Assembly: GCF_001194135.2 (NCBI RefSeq)
Contig: NC_069003.1
Coordinates: forward strand, 22,742,480-22,806,479
Source: Octopus bimaculoides
Taxonomy: Eukaryota
Direction: 5' to 3'
Length of the DNA: 64,000 nt
The position numbers were made by a program, and so were the translations under genes. Positions 26,952-38,600 of the stretch are shown here, piece after piece. Position 1 is the stretch's first letter. Every line of letters starts with the position of its first letter. The notes below the pieces were generated by a model. The model did not search any database. It saw only the letters and a program-made list of their open reading frames with translations, and was not told the origin of the DNA.

Positions 26952-27104
26952 TAGGTGCTAAGAAGTTTGCTGCACAAACACATGCTACTGTGTTCCTTCC
27001 CACTGCATGGTACCTTAGGCAAGTGTCTTCTATTACAGTCTTCAAATGACCAAGGGCTTGTTAGTGGATTTGATAAACAGGAGCTAAAAGAAGCCCATTG
27101 TTTG

Positions 27105-27145
<41 letters not shown>

Positions 27146-27355
27146 ATTCCCTTGTGTATGTATTTGTTCCCCACCCCATTTACAACTGGTGTTGGTTTGT
27201 TTATGTTCTTGTAACTTAACAATCCAGCAAATGAGACCAATAGTAAAAGTGCTAGGCTTGTAAAAAAGAACAAAATACATTCTGGGGTCGAGTTTGCCGA
27301 CTAAAATTCTTCAAAGCAGTGCCCGAGCATGGTGACTGAAACAAGTAAAACATAA
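26952..27355 (+). mobile_element. tRNA/CORE-like SINE with internal (AT)n(GT)n microsatellite
   Basis: ..ccactgcatggtaccttaggcaagtgtcttctattac.. core and tgactgaaacaagtaaaa tail. Relatives near 19790-20280 (-), 27490, 47030, 54310, 63305 (+). Confidence 0.7.
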
Positions 27356-27624
27356 AAGATATGTGTGTGTATATATGTATATATATATAAATTCAAATGA
27401 TACATATATAAATAGTATGTAATTATACATTCATACACACTTTCTATATATGTATAAGTTGTGTACATATATAAAATTGTACACATAGGTGCAGACGTGG
27501 CAGTGTGGTAAGATGATTCTGGGTTCAGTCCCACTGTGTGGTACGTTGGGTAAATGTCTTCTACAACCTTGAGCCAAGCAAAGCCTTGTGAGTGGATTTG
27601 GAAGAAGGAAACTGAAAAAACATT

Positions 27625-27898
27625 ATTGCCCCATCTGATTAACATTTATTCTGCAGTCTCCAAAATCATTTGGACGGAAAAAATATGAATTCCGTAGATG
27701 AGGTCAGAACAGTACTGGAGGATTATTTTACATCATGGGCAAGTGAATTTTGGAAGACGGGCCTTGCAAGTCTACCGGATAGATGGAAGAGCATTGTAGA
27801 AAAGTATATTTTAGATTAAAAAAGAACTTTGTTTATCTTAATTTTGAAAAATAAAAGAAGTATTAAAAAAACTGCATTATTTATGGGATGACCCAATA
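27625..27898 (+). mobile_element. Mariner 3' fragment with right TIR
   Basis: IAPSD*HLFCSLQNHLDGK..GLASLPDRWKSIVE (YSPDLAPSDYHLF-like), ending ttatttatgggatgacccaa|ta. Confidence 0.8.
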
Positions 27899-28031
27899 TA
27901 TTATGGTTGTATAATGAAATATGGTGTCTCTACCAGCAATGAATGATTTTTTTTAGTTTGTCTGAAGTCACAGAAATGTCTGTTTCTGACCTGTTGCCTC
28001 TATTTAATCTGTAACCATGGCTATGCTTTCT

Positions 28032-28075
<44 letters not shown>

Positions 28076-28339
28076 AATAGTGTAGCTGAGAAAAACATTT
28101 TTGTCTTTTAATAACAAATATTGGTCCTGTAGTTACTCTACAGATCTTTTTGGTATTATGATGGGTTTCTTGGAATCTGCTCTGGTTACAGACCTGACTG
28201 GTCTTTTTCTTCTCTCTCAAATAAACTAGCACTTCCCTGATCTGTTCGGATGATGTTCTTCTCACAACCTTAGGTACATCTTGGCTATCCTTTGACTGTA
28301 TCCAGAAGGCCCTCCACAAGTTTTTAAAAAATTATAATC

Positions 28340-29740
28340 TATCTATCTCATTCAAAAACAGTACTGAAATAGCTAACATTTTAGATGTGAATCTCAATTT
28401 GGATGCTAAATCTCAACTTAGATACTAACTTCTATAACCCTTACCATTAGCTGAATGAGTCATTATATTTCAGTGTCTGTTCTAATCACCTAGATTTTCC
28501 TTTATCAGTATAGTTATTGGCATTTCTATTAGGATCTCTAACCTATGAGCCAATAAGGATATCTTTAATAATCACACCCTGTATTATACTCAGCCCCCAG
28601 CACTCTCACCCTGAAACAGCAACTTCTTTGAGAGAATCTCATATATTCTCAATACTAGGTTCAAAACTAAATTTGAGCTCCTCTTTCCTGGTATAGAATC
28701 TCTGGCCCCCAAGTTTGCTCCTACTAATCCACATCATGCCACTCACTAGCAGTATTCCCCTGTGACCAATACACATCCAGTACTCTGGCCACCCCAGAGG
28801 TGGAATAATTTCTGGCCTCCTGAGCTTAGCCCCCTAACACTACACTGGATTTTAAAACCTCCAAAGGCAGAAAACAGGACATCTCATGGTTTGCATCCTC
28901 ATTCTCTTTCCAGGTTAAATCTTTACCCAAGTTATATTGCAATATATCTAGCTTTAATTTCCCATCCCACAATAAATATTACCCCATCTTTAATATATCT
29001 ATAAAAATCTCATACTCCACAATCCCTAAATTGGGATCTATAATTACCTCCTCCAATAGGTGCAAATAGCTACCTTATCGTGGGCCCTATGAAGCACTCA
29101 TCTTGCTCCTACTCTAACCACAGTCAGGGTGGAAGCCAGATGAGTTCTTCATAGGTCGTACCCACATTAACAGTGATGGTAGCATTATTACCCCTGGTTC
29201 ATGAACCATAGCTCTTGTGATTGTGGTGAAGCCCCCTCTCAGCTCCAGATGAGAATTGATAACACTTGTGGTTCTCCCTTGGGGATAGTTGATTTTATAA
29301 ATCAGCATAGGCTGGAGATTAAGCATAAGTCTACCAGTAATGATAAAACCCTGTAATAGTTGGGTTTCCCAATTATGTCTGTTAGATGGAGTTTGTTTAC
29401 ACTATATCATGGTATATGATATATATGATTTATGATATACAACATGGTAAATGTCTGGTTATAACACCACATTCCTACCAAGCTAAGGTCTACATTGGGG
29501 ACACTTGATTTCAAGTATCACTACCAGGCTAACCTGAGCTCATTTTCAAATGAAGCCTCTAAACTCTCTACTTCCTTAGCTAGATATATACATCACAAGT
29601 CACAGGACATTATCTTACCTTGTCCTGGTCCATAGTTAGTGAGGGTACTCCATATATTGCTAAGCATTATAATACCTCCTTACTCAATAGATTTTCTGAT
29701 GTGATTTTTTCATGTACACATAAGTTTTATTCCACATTTG
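28340..29740 (+). mobile_element. Penelope-like element, RT C-terminus plus GIY-YIG remnant
   Basis: NILDVNLNL, YNPYH*LNESLYFSVCSNH, RKQDISWF..IKISYSTIPKL, KVYIGT..SSFSNEASKLSTSLARYI. Confidence 0.7.
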
Positions 29741-30473
29741 CTCATTATTAAAAGTCTTTATAATTTCTCCTAATTGTGGATGAATTTTTTACTTTTTATC
29801 CGAATATGTAAGTACCAAATTTCCTTATTCTCTTTCTCACAACATACTTTCCTCCTCCACTACACCCACTCCTACTACTTTACCTCAGTGCTTATCTCTT
29901 CCTGCTTCTCTGTCTGGTTAGTTGATATTTCTGACTGATTTTATGGTCTCCTTAACTTTATCTTTAATTGCTCTACTATATGAATCCATCACACTTCCTT
30001 TTGCTAGGATGATTTTAACTTTACTTTCTCTCCTTCTTTCTTCTCTCTGTTTCTTCTGTTCTATTCTATCCTTCCTTTCTTATGATCTAGAAGTCGTCCT
30101 CCCTCCTCATTCCCTCACCCCTCATCTCATTCTGCTTCCTCTCTTCCTTTAACTGTTTATTTCTGCTTGCTCTACTATATGAACCACATTTGCCAATCTT
30201 CTCACGACGAGGGGAGCTGGACTTATGGCAATATCTTCATGTGACTGGCTACTAGTTACATACCCATAACTTTTTGCATATTTCATCTGCAATTTATGGT
30301 TAGTATAGTTATTCCATAACTATGGGTTTCCTGAAGCAGCTGTTGAGTTATGAAATTACATATTTTCTTATCTTATTCCATGCATTTTTTGTGGTTTTTA
30401 TTTGTGCACCATGTAAATATAATTTATATCAAGCCTAACTCTCTTTATCTCCATTAATGTCTGCATGTATATA

Positions 30474-30521
<48 letters not shown>

Positions 30522-30745
30522 TATATATATCTAAAAACATACACACGTGTGTGTGTATAAATATATGCATATATGTTTATATATATATAAGTACATATAA
30601 ATATATATACACATGTACAAATATGTATATATGTATGTGTGTGTGTCTCTGTATCTGTCTGTTTGTCTGTGTCCTGTCTGTCTGTCTGTATATTGGTATG
30701 CAGATGTATAATTGTATTTGTACATATGTATGGATTTCCTTCTTT

Positions 30746-30827
<82 letters not shown>

Positions 30828-31664
30828 AGTGAGTATGTATGTCTTTATATGTGTATGTATATATGTATACATGTAAATGTATGAACACACACACACACAC
30901 ATGCACACACACACATGTATTTTCTTTCTATATATATGCTGGAATCTATATAAAGTATTTGCTTGCTATTGCATTAGCCTGTTTATTGTCCAATCTCAAC
31001 AGTTTTATCACTGTAACACCCCATTTCCTTTTTCTCCCCACCCCATCTCTCTAAATCTTAGATTATCTCATATTGTATCAGTCTCCAATTGTTTTTTCTG
31101 TCTAAGATCCTATGGTCAGTTATATGTACAATGTTTAAATGTTTTTGGACATGCATATGTATTCCATCTTTTTTTAATGCAACTATTTAATAGTCATTTA
31201 TATAAGGATTCACTATGCACCTCTGTATGTGTGTGTGTGTATATCACAGAATCTAGACCTTCAGATGCTGTTACACATTGCTGGTCACAGTGTGCTTCCA
31301 GCTCTCTCTTGATTGTGCCATTCTTTTTACATCTTGATACAAAATTATCTAAGCTTACATATTTCTGGAGGGCTGCTTCTTCTCCATCTATATAAAGGCT
31401 TTCTCAAATAAACATGCATTTCATTTTAGAAGCTTCAAAGAAAAAAAACTCTAAAATGATGCACAAGCACTCAGCTGTGAGTGCAGTGTATCATATAGCA
31501 GAAATAACTGTGAGCTAATGAAGTTGATTATGTAATTCCTGTTCCCTTGTCACTTCTTTAATTTCATATTATATTCAGTACTCCACTAATGCTTTATTCT
31601 GAAGCATATGTATATCGATTCTAACATCAGGTTATTAGTATTACTAAGCCTTAGTGAAATCTCA

Positions 31665-31710
<46 letters not shown>

Positions 31711-31717
31711 ATATATA

Positions 31718-31815
31718 TTCTTAAACAAGAATATTATTGACAGTGACTTTGAAGTTCTGGTTAGTTGAACTGCTGAAATGTCAAAGTCACGGTCAATAAT
31801 ATTTTTGTTTAAGAA
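31718..31815. mobile_element. 98-bp hairpin MITE with TA flanks (Tc1/mariner-type)
   Basis: 35-bp arms TTCTTAAACAAGAATATTATTGACAGTGACTTTGA with 2 mismatches, 28-bp spacer. Confidence 0.8.
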
Positions 31816-32105
31816 TAATAAATTTGTACTCTATAAATGTATAAATTAGCTCATCAGATTAATGCAANNNNNNNNNNNNNNNNNNNNNNNNNNNNNNNNN
31901 NNNNNNNNNNNNNNNNNNNNNNNNNNNNNNNNNNNNNNNNNNNNNNNNNNNNNNNNNNNNNNNNNNNNNNNNNNNNNNNNNNNNNNNNNNNNNNNNNNNN
32001 NNNNNNNNNNNNNNNNNNNNNNNNNNNNNNNNATAATAATATTAAGGACAAAATCCAAAATTACAGGTAAAAACTCAATTAAACCTTGGTTCTTTTCCCT
32101 AAAAC

Positions 32106-32136
<31 letters not shown>

Positions 32137-32578
32137 TGATGTGGTAAAGTAGAATAGAAGTTGGTCAGCTAAGAGTGTAAAGATAATGTTATAATAAGAA
32201 ACACAAGTCTTGTTAATTACTGCTACCCAGGGTTTCATGGTTGAAACATTTATTTTGTTGTTTTTTAAGCTGAGAACAAGCTTGTTTTTATTATATATAT
32301 ATATATATGTGTGTGTTTGTGTGTCATATATATATATATGTCAAACATCTTGCAGATGGCTGCAATCTGTCACCTGTATTAGTATGAAATGACATCTAAA
32401 ATGTGAACTGTATGTTTACATTGGCTGTTGTTGTTGTTGTTGTTTCTTTGTTATTTGTTTATTTATTATTGCTGTTGTTGTTGATGATTGTTATGGTGAT
32501 GATGATGATGATGATGATGATGGTGGTTTTCTTCCTGAATATCTTATATTGCTTTTTTTTTTTCTTTTTCCTTTATAG

Positions 32579-32611
32579 TGGTGTTGTAGACAATATCAAA
32601 GGGGCCAAAGA
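32579..32611 (+). CDS. TMCC: TMCC-family internal coding exon, 33 nt, phase 2-2 (T GGT GTT GTA GAC AAT ATC AAA GGG GCC AAA GA = GVVDNIKGAK(E))
   Basis: Long polypyrimidine tract ending cctttatag, donor GA|gtaagt. Joins in frame to the 45658 exon (GA|G = Glu). GVVD-x-(I/V)KG matches the human TMCC1 segment GVVDSVKG upstream of VSKPRE (recalled from memory). Confidence 0.85.
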
Positions 32612-33430
32612 GTAAGTATATGAAACTTTTCTATTTTGTTATCAGTGACCTTCTCTCTGACCTTTATGTCTTGGATTCTAAGAATTAAAAAAAAATCCCT
32701 CTGACCATACATGAATGTCTCACAACAGAACGGATTCTGCTAAAACACCCCAAGGACTAAGTTGGTGGCAGATTAAGTCTGCCACCTACACCATAATGGG
32801 GATTCAACTCAGGATGCAAAGAACTGGAACAAATTCCATGAGGTATCTTGTTCAGTATTCTAACATCTTCAGCTGACCCCCATTCTAGACTGGAAATTTA
32901 GTTATTGAAGCCCTCCCCTCCTCATCACCTACAGGCAAACTTGCCCTCAACAGGATGTGAACTCAGATCACAAAATTTCAGATTAAATACTGCAAAGCAT
33001 TTCTTCCAATGAGCTCTAAGACAGAAAGTTTCATTTAATCAATGACATAAACATCCATGTCAAAAGCATAGAATTTCCTACATGTAGCACTTGTTAGGAA
33101 TATTGATTTCAAATTTAGGCCCAGGGCTAGAAGTTTCTGAAAAGCAAAGTCAACTTTGGTGGAATTTAAACTCTGAATATAAGCTGGACAAAATGTTGTT
33201 AAGCATTTTGCCTGGCATCCTAATGCTTCTGCCAGTTTGCTGCCTTAAAGCCAGATTACATATTGGTTTCAAATTTTAGCACAAGTCCAGCAATTTCAGA
33301 GAAGTTGGTAAGTCAATTACATCAACCTCAATGTTCAACTGGTACTTATTTTTCCAATTCTGAAAGGATGAAAAGCAAAGTCAGCCTCAGTGGAATTAGA
33401 ACTCAGAACTTAAAAGGCAAATAAAATTCT

Positions 33431-33658
33431 TATTTCTTTATTGCCCGCAAGGGGCTAAACATAGGGGGGACAAACAAGGACAGACAAAGGGATTAAGTCG
33501 ATTACGTCGACCCCAGTGCATAACTAGTACTTTATTTATCGACCCCGAACGGATGAAAGGCAAAGTCGACCTCGGCAGAATTTGAACTCAGAACGTAACG
33601 GCAGACGAAATACCGCTAAGTATTTCGCCCGGCATGCTAACGATTCTGCCAGCTCGCC
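33431..33658 (-). mobile_element. Young tRNA-derived SINE (OK-like, Meta-like central domain) with 14-bp TSD, inserted into an older copy of the same family
   Basis: TSD GCAAATAAAATTCT at 33417-33430 and 33659-33672; flanks continue the older SINE. Other copies near 830-1010, 12300-12500, 42170-42380, 43470-43670 (all -), 47186-47417 and 49520-49735 (+). Confidence 0.88.
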
Positions 33659-34654
33659 GCAAATAAAATTCTACTAAGCATTTTGCCTGATGTGCTAAGT
33701 TTTTGCCAGCCCACTGTCTTAATGTCAGATTAAATATTGCAAGGCGTTTCTTTCAAGGACCTCTAAGACAGAATGTATCATTTAATCAGTGACATAAACA
33801 TCCATGTGAAAACATAAAATTTCATACAAGTGGCATTTGTTAGAACTATCAAATGGGAAATTAATGCTGCAACAAATAAGCTATTTAAACAAACCAATGA
33901 ACAAGCCTCTAGTTCATGGATGTGAAACCTTTTTAATACCAGAGGTGAAATACAAATTTTTAGGAACCTGTGGATATAATCTGTACTCTGAAAAATAACA
34001 AGTCATCTTTACACAAGTCAGTTATTATACAGTTATTACTGTCATTGCTCATAATTTTTTTCATGATTTCTCTTGATGGATGTTCTTCCTATTACCAACC
34101 TCTTCTAGAGAGTATATGAGGTACATTTTATCATGCACCAGCACTAGGGAGGTTGTTGTGTCCTCTGCAATACTAAAATGTCCTCTCTACTCTACATTTT
34201 CTTTGTTCATTCAGAACATGACCAAGAGGGTAAAATAAACTAAAGAATGATAACTTATATTAAGTTAGTGTTTTAGTCTTATTTTAGTTTTGAATGTGAT
34301 CAAAGTTCCATCTGCAGACAAGGAATTTCTCATGACTGCTTTATATGATCACTTGATCACCCAGAAATAGCTGCCATACTTCAAACATAAAATCTCCACA
34401 AGTGGCACTTGTTAGAAGTATTGAGTGTTAAAGCATGTTGAATATCACTGAGGGAACCACTACAAGTATCTTGAAAAAGCGGCCAAATTTCACACACATC
34501 ACACATACTACTAACTTTAATATATATATATATATTATATGTATATATATTGCTTAGGCATAGTGATACTAATAACATGGTGATAGAACTCAATATACAT
34601 ATGCTTCGGAATAAAGCAATAGTCAAGTACAGATTGACAACTAACAGGTTAGTA

Positions 34655-35851
34655 CAAAGGAGTGCTGAAAAGTTCCTGGGTCTGAGTAAAAGAAAATGAT
34701 TTTACTAAACATATTCCCCTCTCAAATTCATACACTTATTGCAGTGGTCCTTCAGTTTTACAAAGTCCTGTAAAAAGAACTCAGAAGGTTGGCCTCTAAC
34801 CAGGCCTCTGCAGCAGCGATTACCTCTGAGTCAGAGTGAAATTTTGTTCCCTTCAGTTGTGGAAAGAGGTGATAGGCGGAGGTGGGGTGGGGGTCAAGTC
34901 AGGAGAGTAAGGTGGGTGGTCTACCAATTTGAAGTCAAAGCCATGTATTTTCATGAAAACGGGACACCATGGCTCAGCTTTCCATAGTATTTCTGCTTTA
35001 AAGCCTTATGCAGTTCATCCAACAGAGAGGTAGTATTCTGCATTGATGGTGCAACCTTTGTCCCGGAACACTGAAGCCAGAATCTTTCCAGCTGATTTCT
35101 GGGTTTGAAACTTCTTGGAATGTGGTGAACCACTATAGTACCTCTCCATTGATTACTACTTGGTCTGGGGATCATAATGATCTGATACCTTTACAGGTGA
35201 GGTAGTTTCATCCTTAGTGACAAAACGAGCTATAAAATCAGCTTCTCCTGCTGCAAACCAGTACAAAATTGCTTTTAATGTCATTACTCTGATGTGCTTC
35301 TGATCTGTGTTCAGGCATTTCAGCACCCATTTTGTGGAAAGTTTTCTCATGTCCAGAATGTTGTGGATGATGTGGCCAACTCCTTTGCCAGAAATCTCCA
35401 GGGTCTCAGCTGTGACTTCAGCTTAAATCCAGCAGTTCTCAAGAATTGTGATGTGCAAAACGTTGACTTTGTCCTCTGTGGTTGCAGAAGTTGGCTGTCC
35501 TGACTGGGGCCCATCTGTGACCTTGAAATGATCAGTCCAAAACCTTGGCACCCAGATTTTCACCGTGGAATAAGATGGGCAGCCATCCTTCAAGACCTCC
35601 TTCATCTCACAATGGATTTCTGCTGCTCCTTAGCCTTGCAAAAGGAGTTTCAAGACTGCTTGTGCTTCAATTTTACCAAATTCCACTGTAGGAGCTGTCA
35701 TCATCCATTAAATCTGCAAAAAAGAGAAAGATATATTGTATATCATCTTGATTTTTTGCATATATTCTAGTTCTCCTATCTCACCTGTAAAGGTATCAGC
35801 TCTTCTCTTTCACGATACTCTTAAATCCAGGAACTTTGCAGCACCTCTTCA
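34655..35851 (-). mobile_element. Mariner transposon, near full length (1197 bp), pseudogenised
   Basis: TIRs ggagtgctgaaaagttcctgg / ccaggaactttgcagcacctc, TA both sides. Fragments PSYSTVKIWV, TDGPQSGQP, KLSTKWV (WVP-like), VTKDET..HYDPQTK. Confidence 0.9.
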
Positions 35852-35924
35852 TACAATAGCTAGCAGATATAAGATAGCAACACATGCATACACATAGAGA
35901 AAACGCATATATATATATATACAC

Positions 35925-35985
<61 letters not shown>

Positions 35986-36459
35986 AAGTCACTCTTGAGT
36001 ACTACTGGTAAATGGTAACATGTTATCCAGTACAACCTGTCACATGGTTGGGTCATGGGCAGCTGAACTGGTAACCCTACCAAGCTTGCTTGGTGTGGAG
36101 GGTGATATCGGGACACTCTGTGGGATGAAAAACAAAACCTGTCAAAGAGTTGAGGAACTTGTGAGAGTCAACAGCCATCCAAATGTGTGTATATGTGTGT
36201 GGCTGTGTATATGTGTGTGGCTGTGTATATGTGTATATATAAGTTTTACTTTTCAACTTTCAACATTTTTAACTTTGAACATTTATAAAAAAGTTTATAT
36301 CTTATTTTGTGTTGTGTTTCTTATTTTTATATATTGTATATGGTTTCTATTGTATTTTATTTAATTGTATATCATTAATTTATAACTCTAACATAAGTCT
36401 GTTATAATATCAGGTTTCTGATTGCTGAAAGTCCTTTTTAGTAATCTCTGTCTCATAGG

Positions 36460-38600
36460 GTAGACTGGACCCTGCAGCCTGGTTAAGGCAACTAGCCTAG
36501 GAGATAGTTAACTCTGAAATAAAAACATGAGGCCCTTGAAGATTTTGGTTTTGCCATTCCATATGTCATACCAATGAAATCTTCGATGGTCAAGAAGTGG
36601 GGTAGTCGTGTGCAAGCTATGTCACTCAAAATATATTCAACTGCACAGATACTTCTTGGACACTACAAGCTCAGTTAACATCAGCCGTATGCTTGGCAGT
36701 AACCTTATAATGCACTTTGACCCTTCCGCGTTCAGATTATTCTGTCAGATGTAATGCTTATTTATTGACACTGTTTTGAATTAATCATGCATTATCTCAC
36801 AGGTTTGAGATTTGGATGATGTAATTGCTTATTTTTAGAATGACTTTGTAGCATAGGTGTGAGAGGTCAGATTAGGCTGGTTTGAAAAATAAACAGTTAA
36901 ATTATTGGTTGGTTTAGATATGGTTGGTTTAGATGCTAAAAGATTAAACTCATTGGAAAATCTCAAAGAAAAAAAGAAAATCAGTAAATGGCAATAAGGG
37001 CTTAGGAATGACTCATGGCAGTAAGGGCTTGAGAATGACTCAACAGGTGCCCCTGTATGCCAAAGGCTGAGCCTTGTCATTATTCTGCCACAGTGGTCAA
37101 ACGACAACGTGAGATGATTAAACACCCTACGGAACTTGCTTATTGGAATGTGCATGCTCTAGTTGATGACAATTTTAGTCAAAGTCCAGAGAGATGAACC
37201 ACATTGATCACCTAGGAGTTGAAAAGATACTCATTAGATGTTGTGGCTCTCACTGAAACATACCTACATGGGGATGGTCAGTGCAATGGACATGACTTTG
37301 GCTACACTTTCTATTAGAAAAGTGTAGCAGAGAATCAAGGAAGAGAGTCAGGTGTTGGCTTGGCTGTTAGAAACTTTCAGCTCATCTATTGAAAACTATC
37401 CCAGTGGTTTCTCAGAACATATGATGTTGTGTTGTCTGCATCTGAATAAAGGAAGGTACCTTACACTAATGAGTGTTTATGTACCCATGATATCACACAA
37501 AGAAGCATCTGTTGAACAATTCTACAATGAACTTGGAGAATTGGTGAGAAATGGGCCTGCTGGTGATGGGCTAATAATTATGGGTGACTTCAACTTGATC
37601 GTGGGATCTGATTTCATGATGTGGCTGGCCTTGGGTAAACATAGTGTAGGAAAATGTAATCGAAATGGTGTCTCACTCCTTACTTTTTGCACTGAACATT
37701 GGCTCGTGATAGCAAGCACTTTCAGCACAAAAACACATATAAAACAACATGGATGCATCCAAGATCTAAGAGCTGACACCTTATTGACTATGACTTAGTA
37801 TGTTAATCAGGTTTGAAGGATGTCTACAATGTACAAGCTATGAAAGGAGCAGAATACTGGACAGATCTTGTGAGAGGGAAGTTAAATTTTTCAATTGAGC
37901 CCAAAATTAGAGAGGATGACTCTAGTGTACCAAAGAGAATTAGCATACCAAACCATAATTCTCCCACTTTATTGCAATGTTTTCATGATGCAATGAAACA
38001 AGAAAATCCAAGGGAAAATTTCAAACCACAAGTCTATAATGCAGTACCTTCCACTTTGGAGTACAGATCTAAGAAAGTAGCAGATTGGTTTATTGACAGT
38101 GACTTGGAAATTACTAATCTTCATGAAAAGCAGCAACTCAGCAAAAAGTTCCGAGTAAGTCAAATAATCCTAACAAAGATATGAGATATAAATCTCTTAA
38201 ATTAAAAATTCAATGAAGTCTCCAAACAAAGAAAAAAATAAGTGGTGGCACCAAATAGCAGACAATGTGCAAGATGCTATAGACTTAAGTTACAAAAGTC
38301 TTTTTATCTTTTGTAAAAAAAGGTTTGAAGCTCTAGAACAGTGTTTATAGCTCTGCTGAGATCTGTTGATGGCCAAAAGCTCTTTACTGATGTCCATACC
38401 TACAAAAATGATGGATACAGCACTATTCTGATCTCAATAGATGTTCAAATATAAATGTGAGAATAATTGAGGAAATGGTAGACCTCCCTGCATTCATAGA
38501 ACTATCTGTTGAACCAACACAAGATGATACCGCAGCAGCTGTAAGGAAGCTCAGTAATAATAAAGTTTTGGATATTGGTGATATTTGCTTGGAAATTCCA
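36460..38600 (+). pseudogene. RTE (BovB-like) LINE 5' half with APE domain
   Basis: LTLMSVYVPM, LIIMGDFN, GKHSVGKCNRNGVSLLTFCTEH; RTE-like 5'UTR ggttaaggcaactagcctaggaga. Confidence 0.85.
36717..36950 (-). mobile_element. piggyBac-like MITE, family A, degraded, inside an RTE 5' region
   Basis: Internal sequence homologous to 10417-10630; ends decayed. Confidence 0.65.

Noticed and set aside
30188-30232. Possible decayed hammerhead at the end of the 28.3-30.2k PLE (TTGCCA..CTCACGA..TGGCAA)
   Set aside because: Core too degenerate (no CTGANGA, no GAAA) to support.
32403-32578. Hydrophobic poly-V/L/M ORF running into the 33-nt exon, resembling a transmembrane segment
   Set aside because: Derived from (GTT)n/(GAT)n/poly-T intronic tracts upstream of the acceptor.
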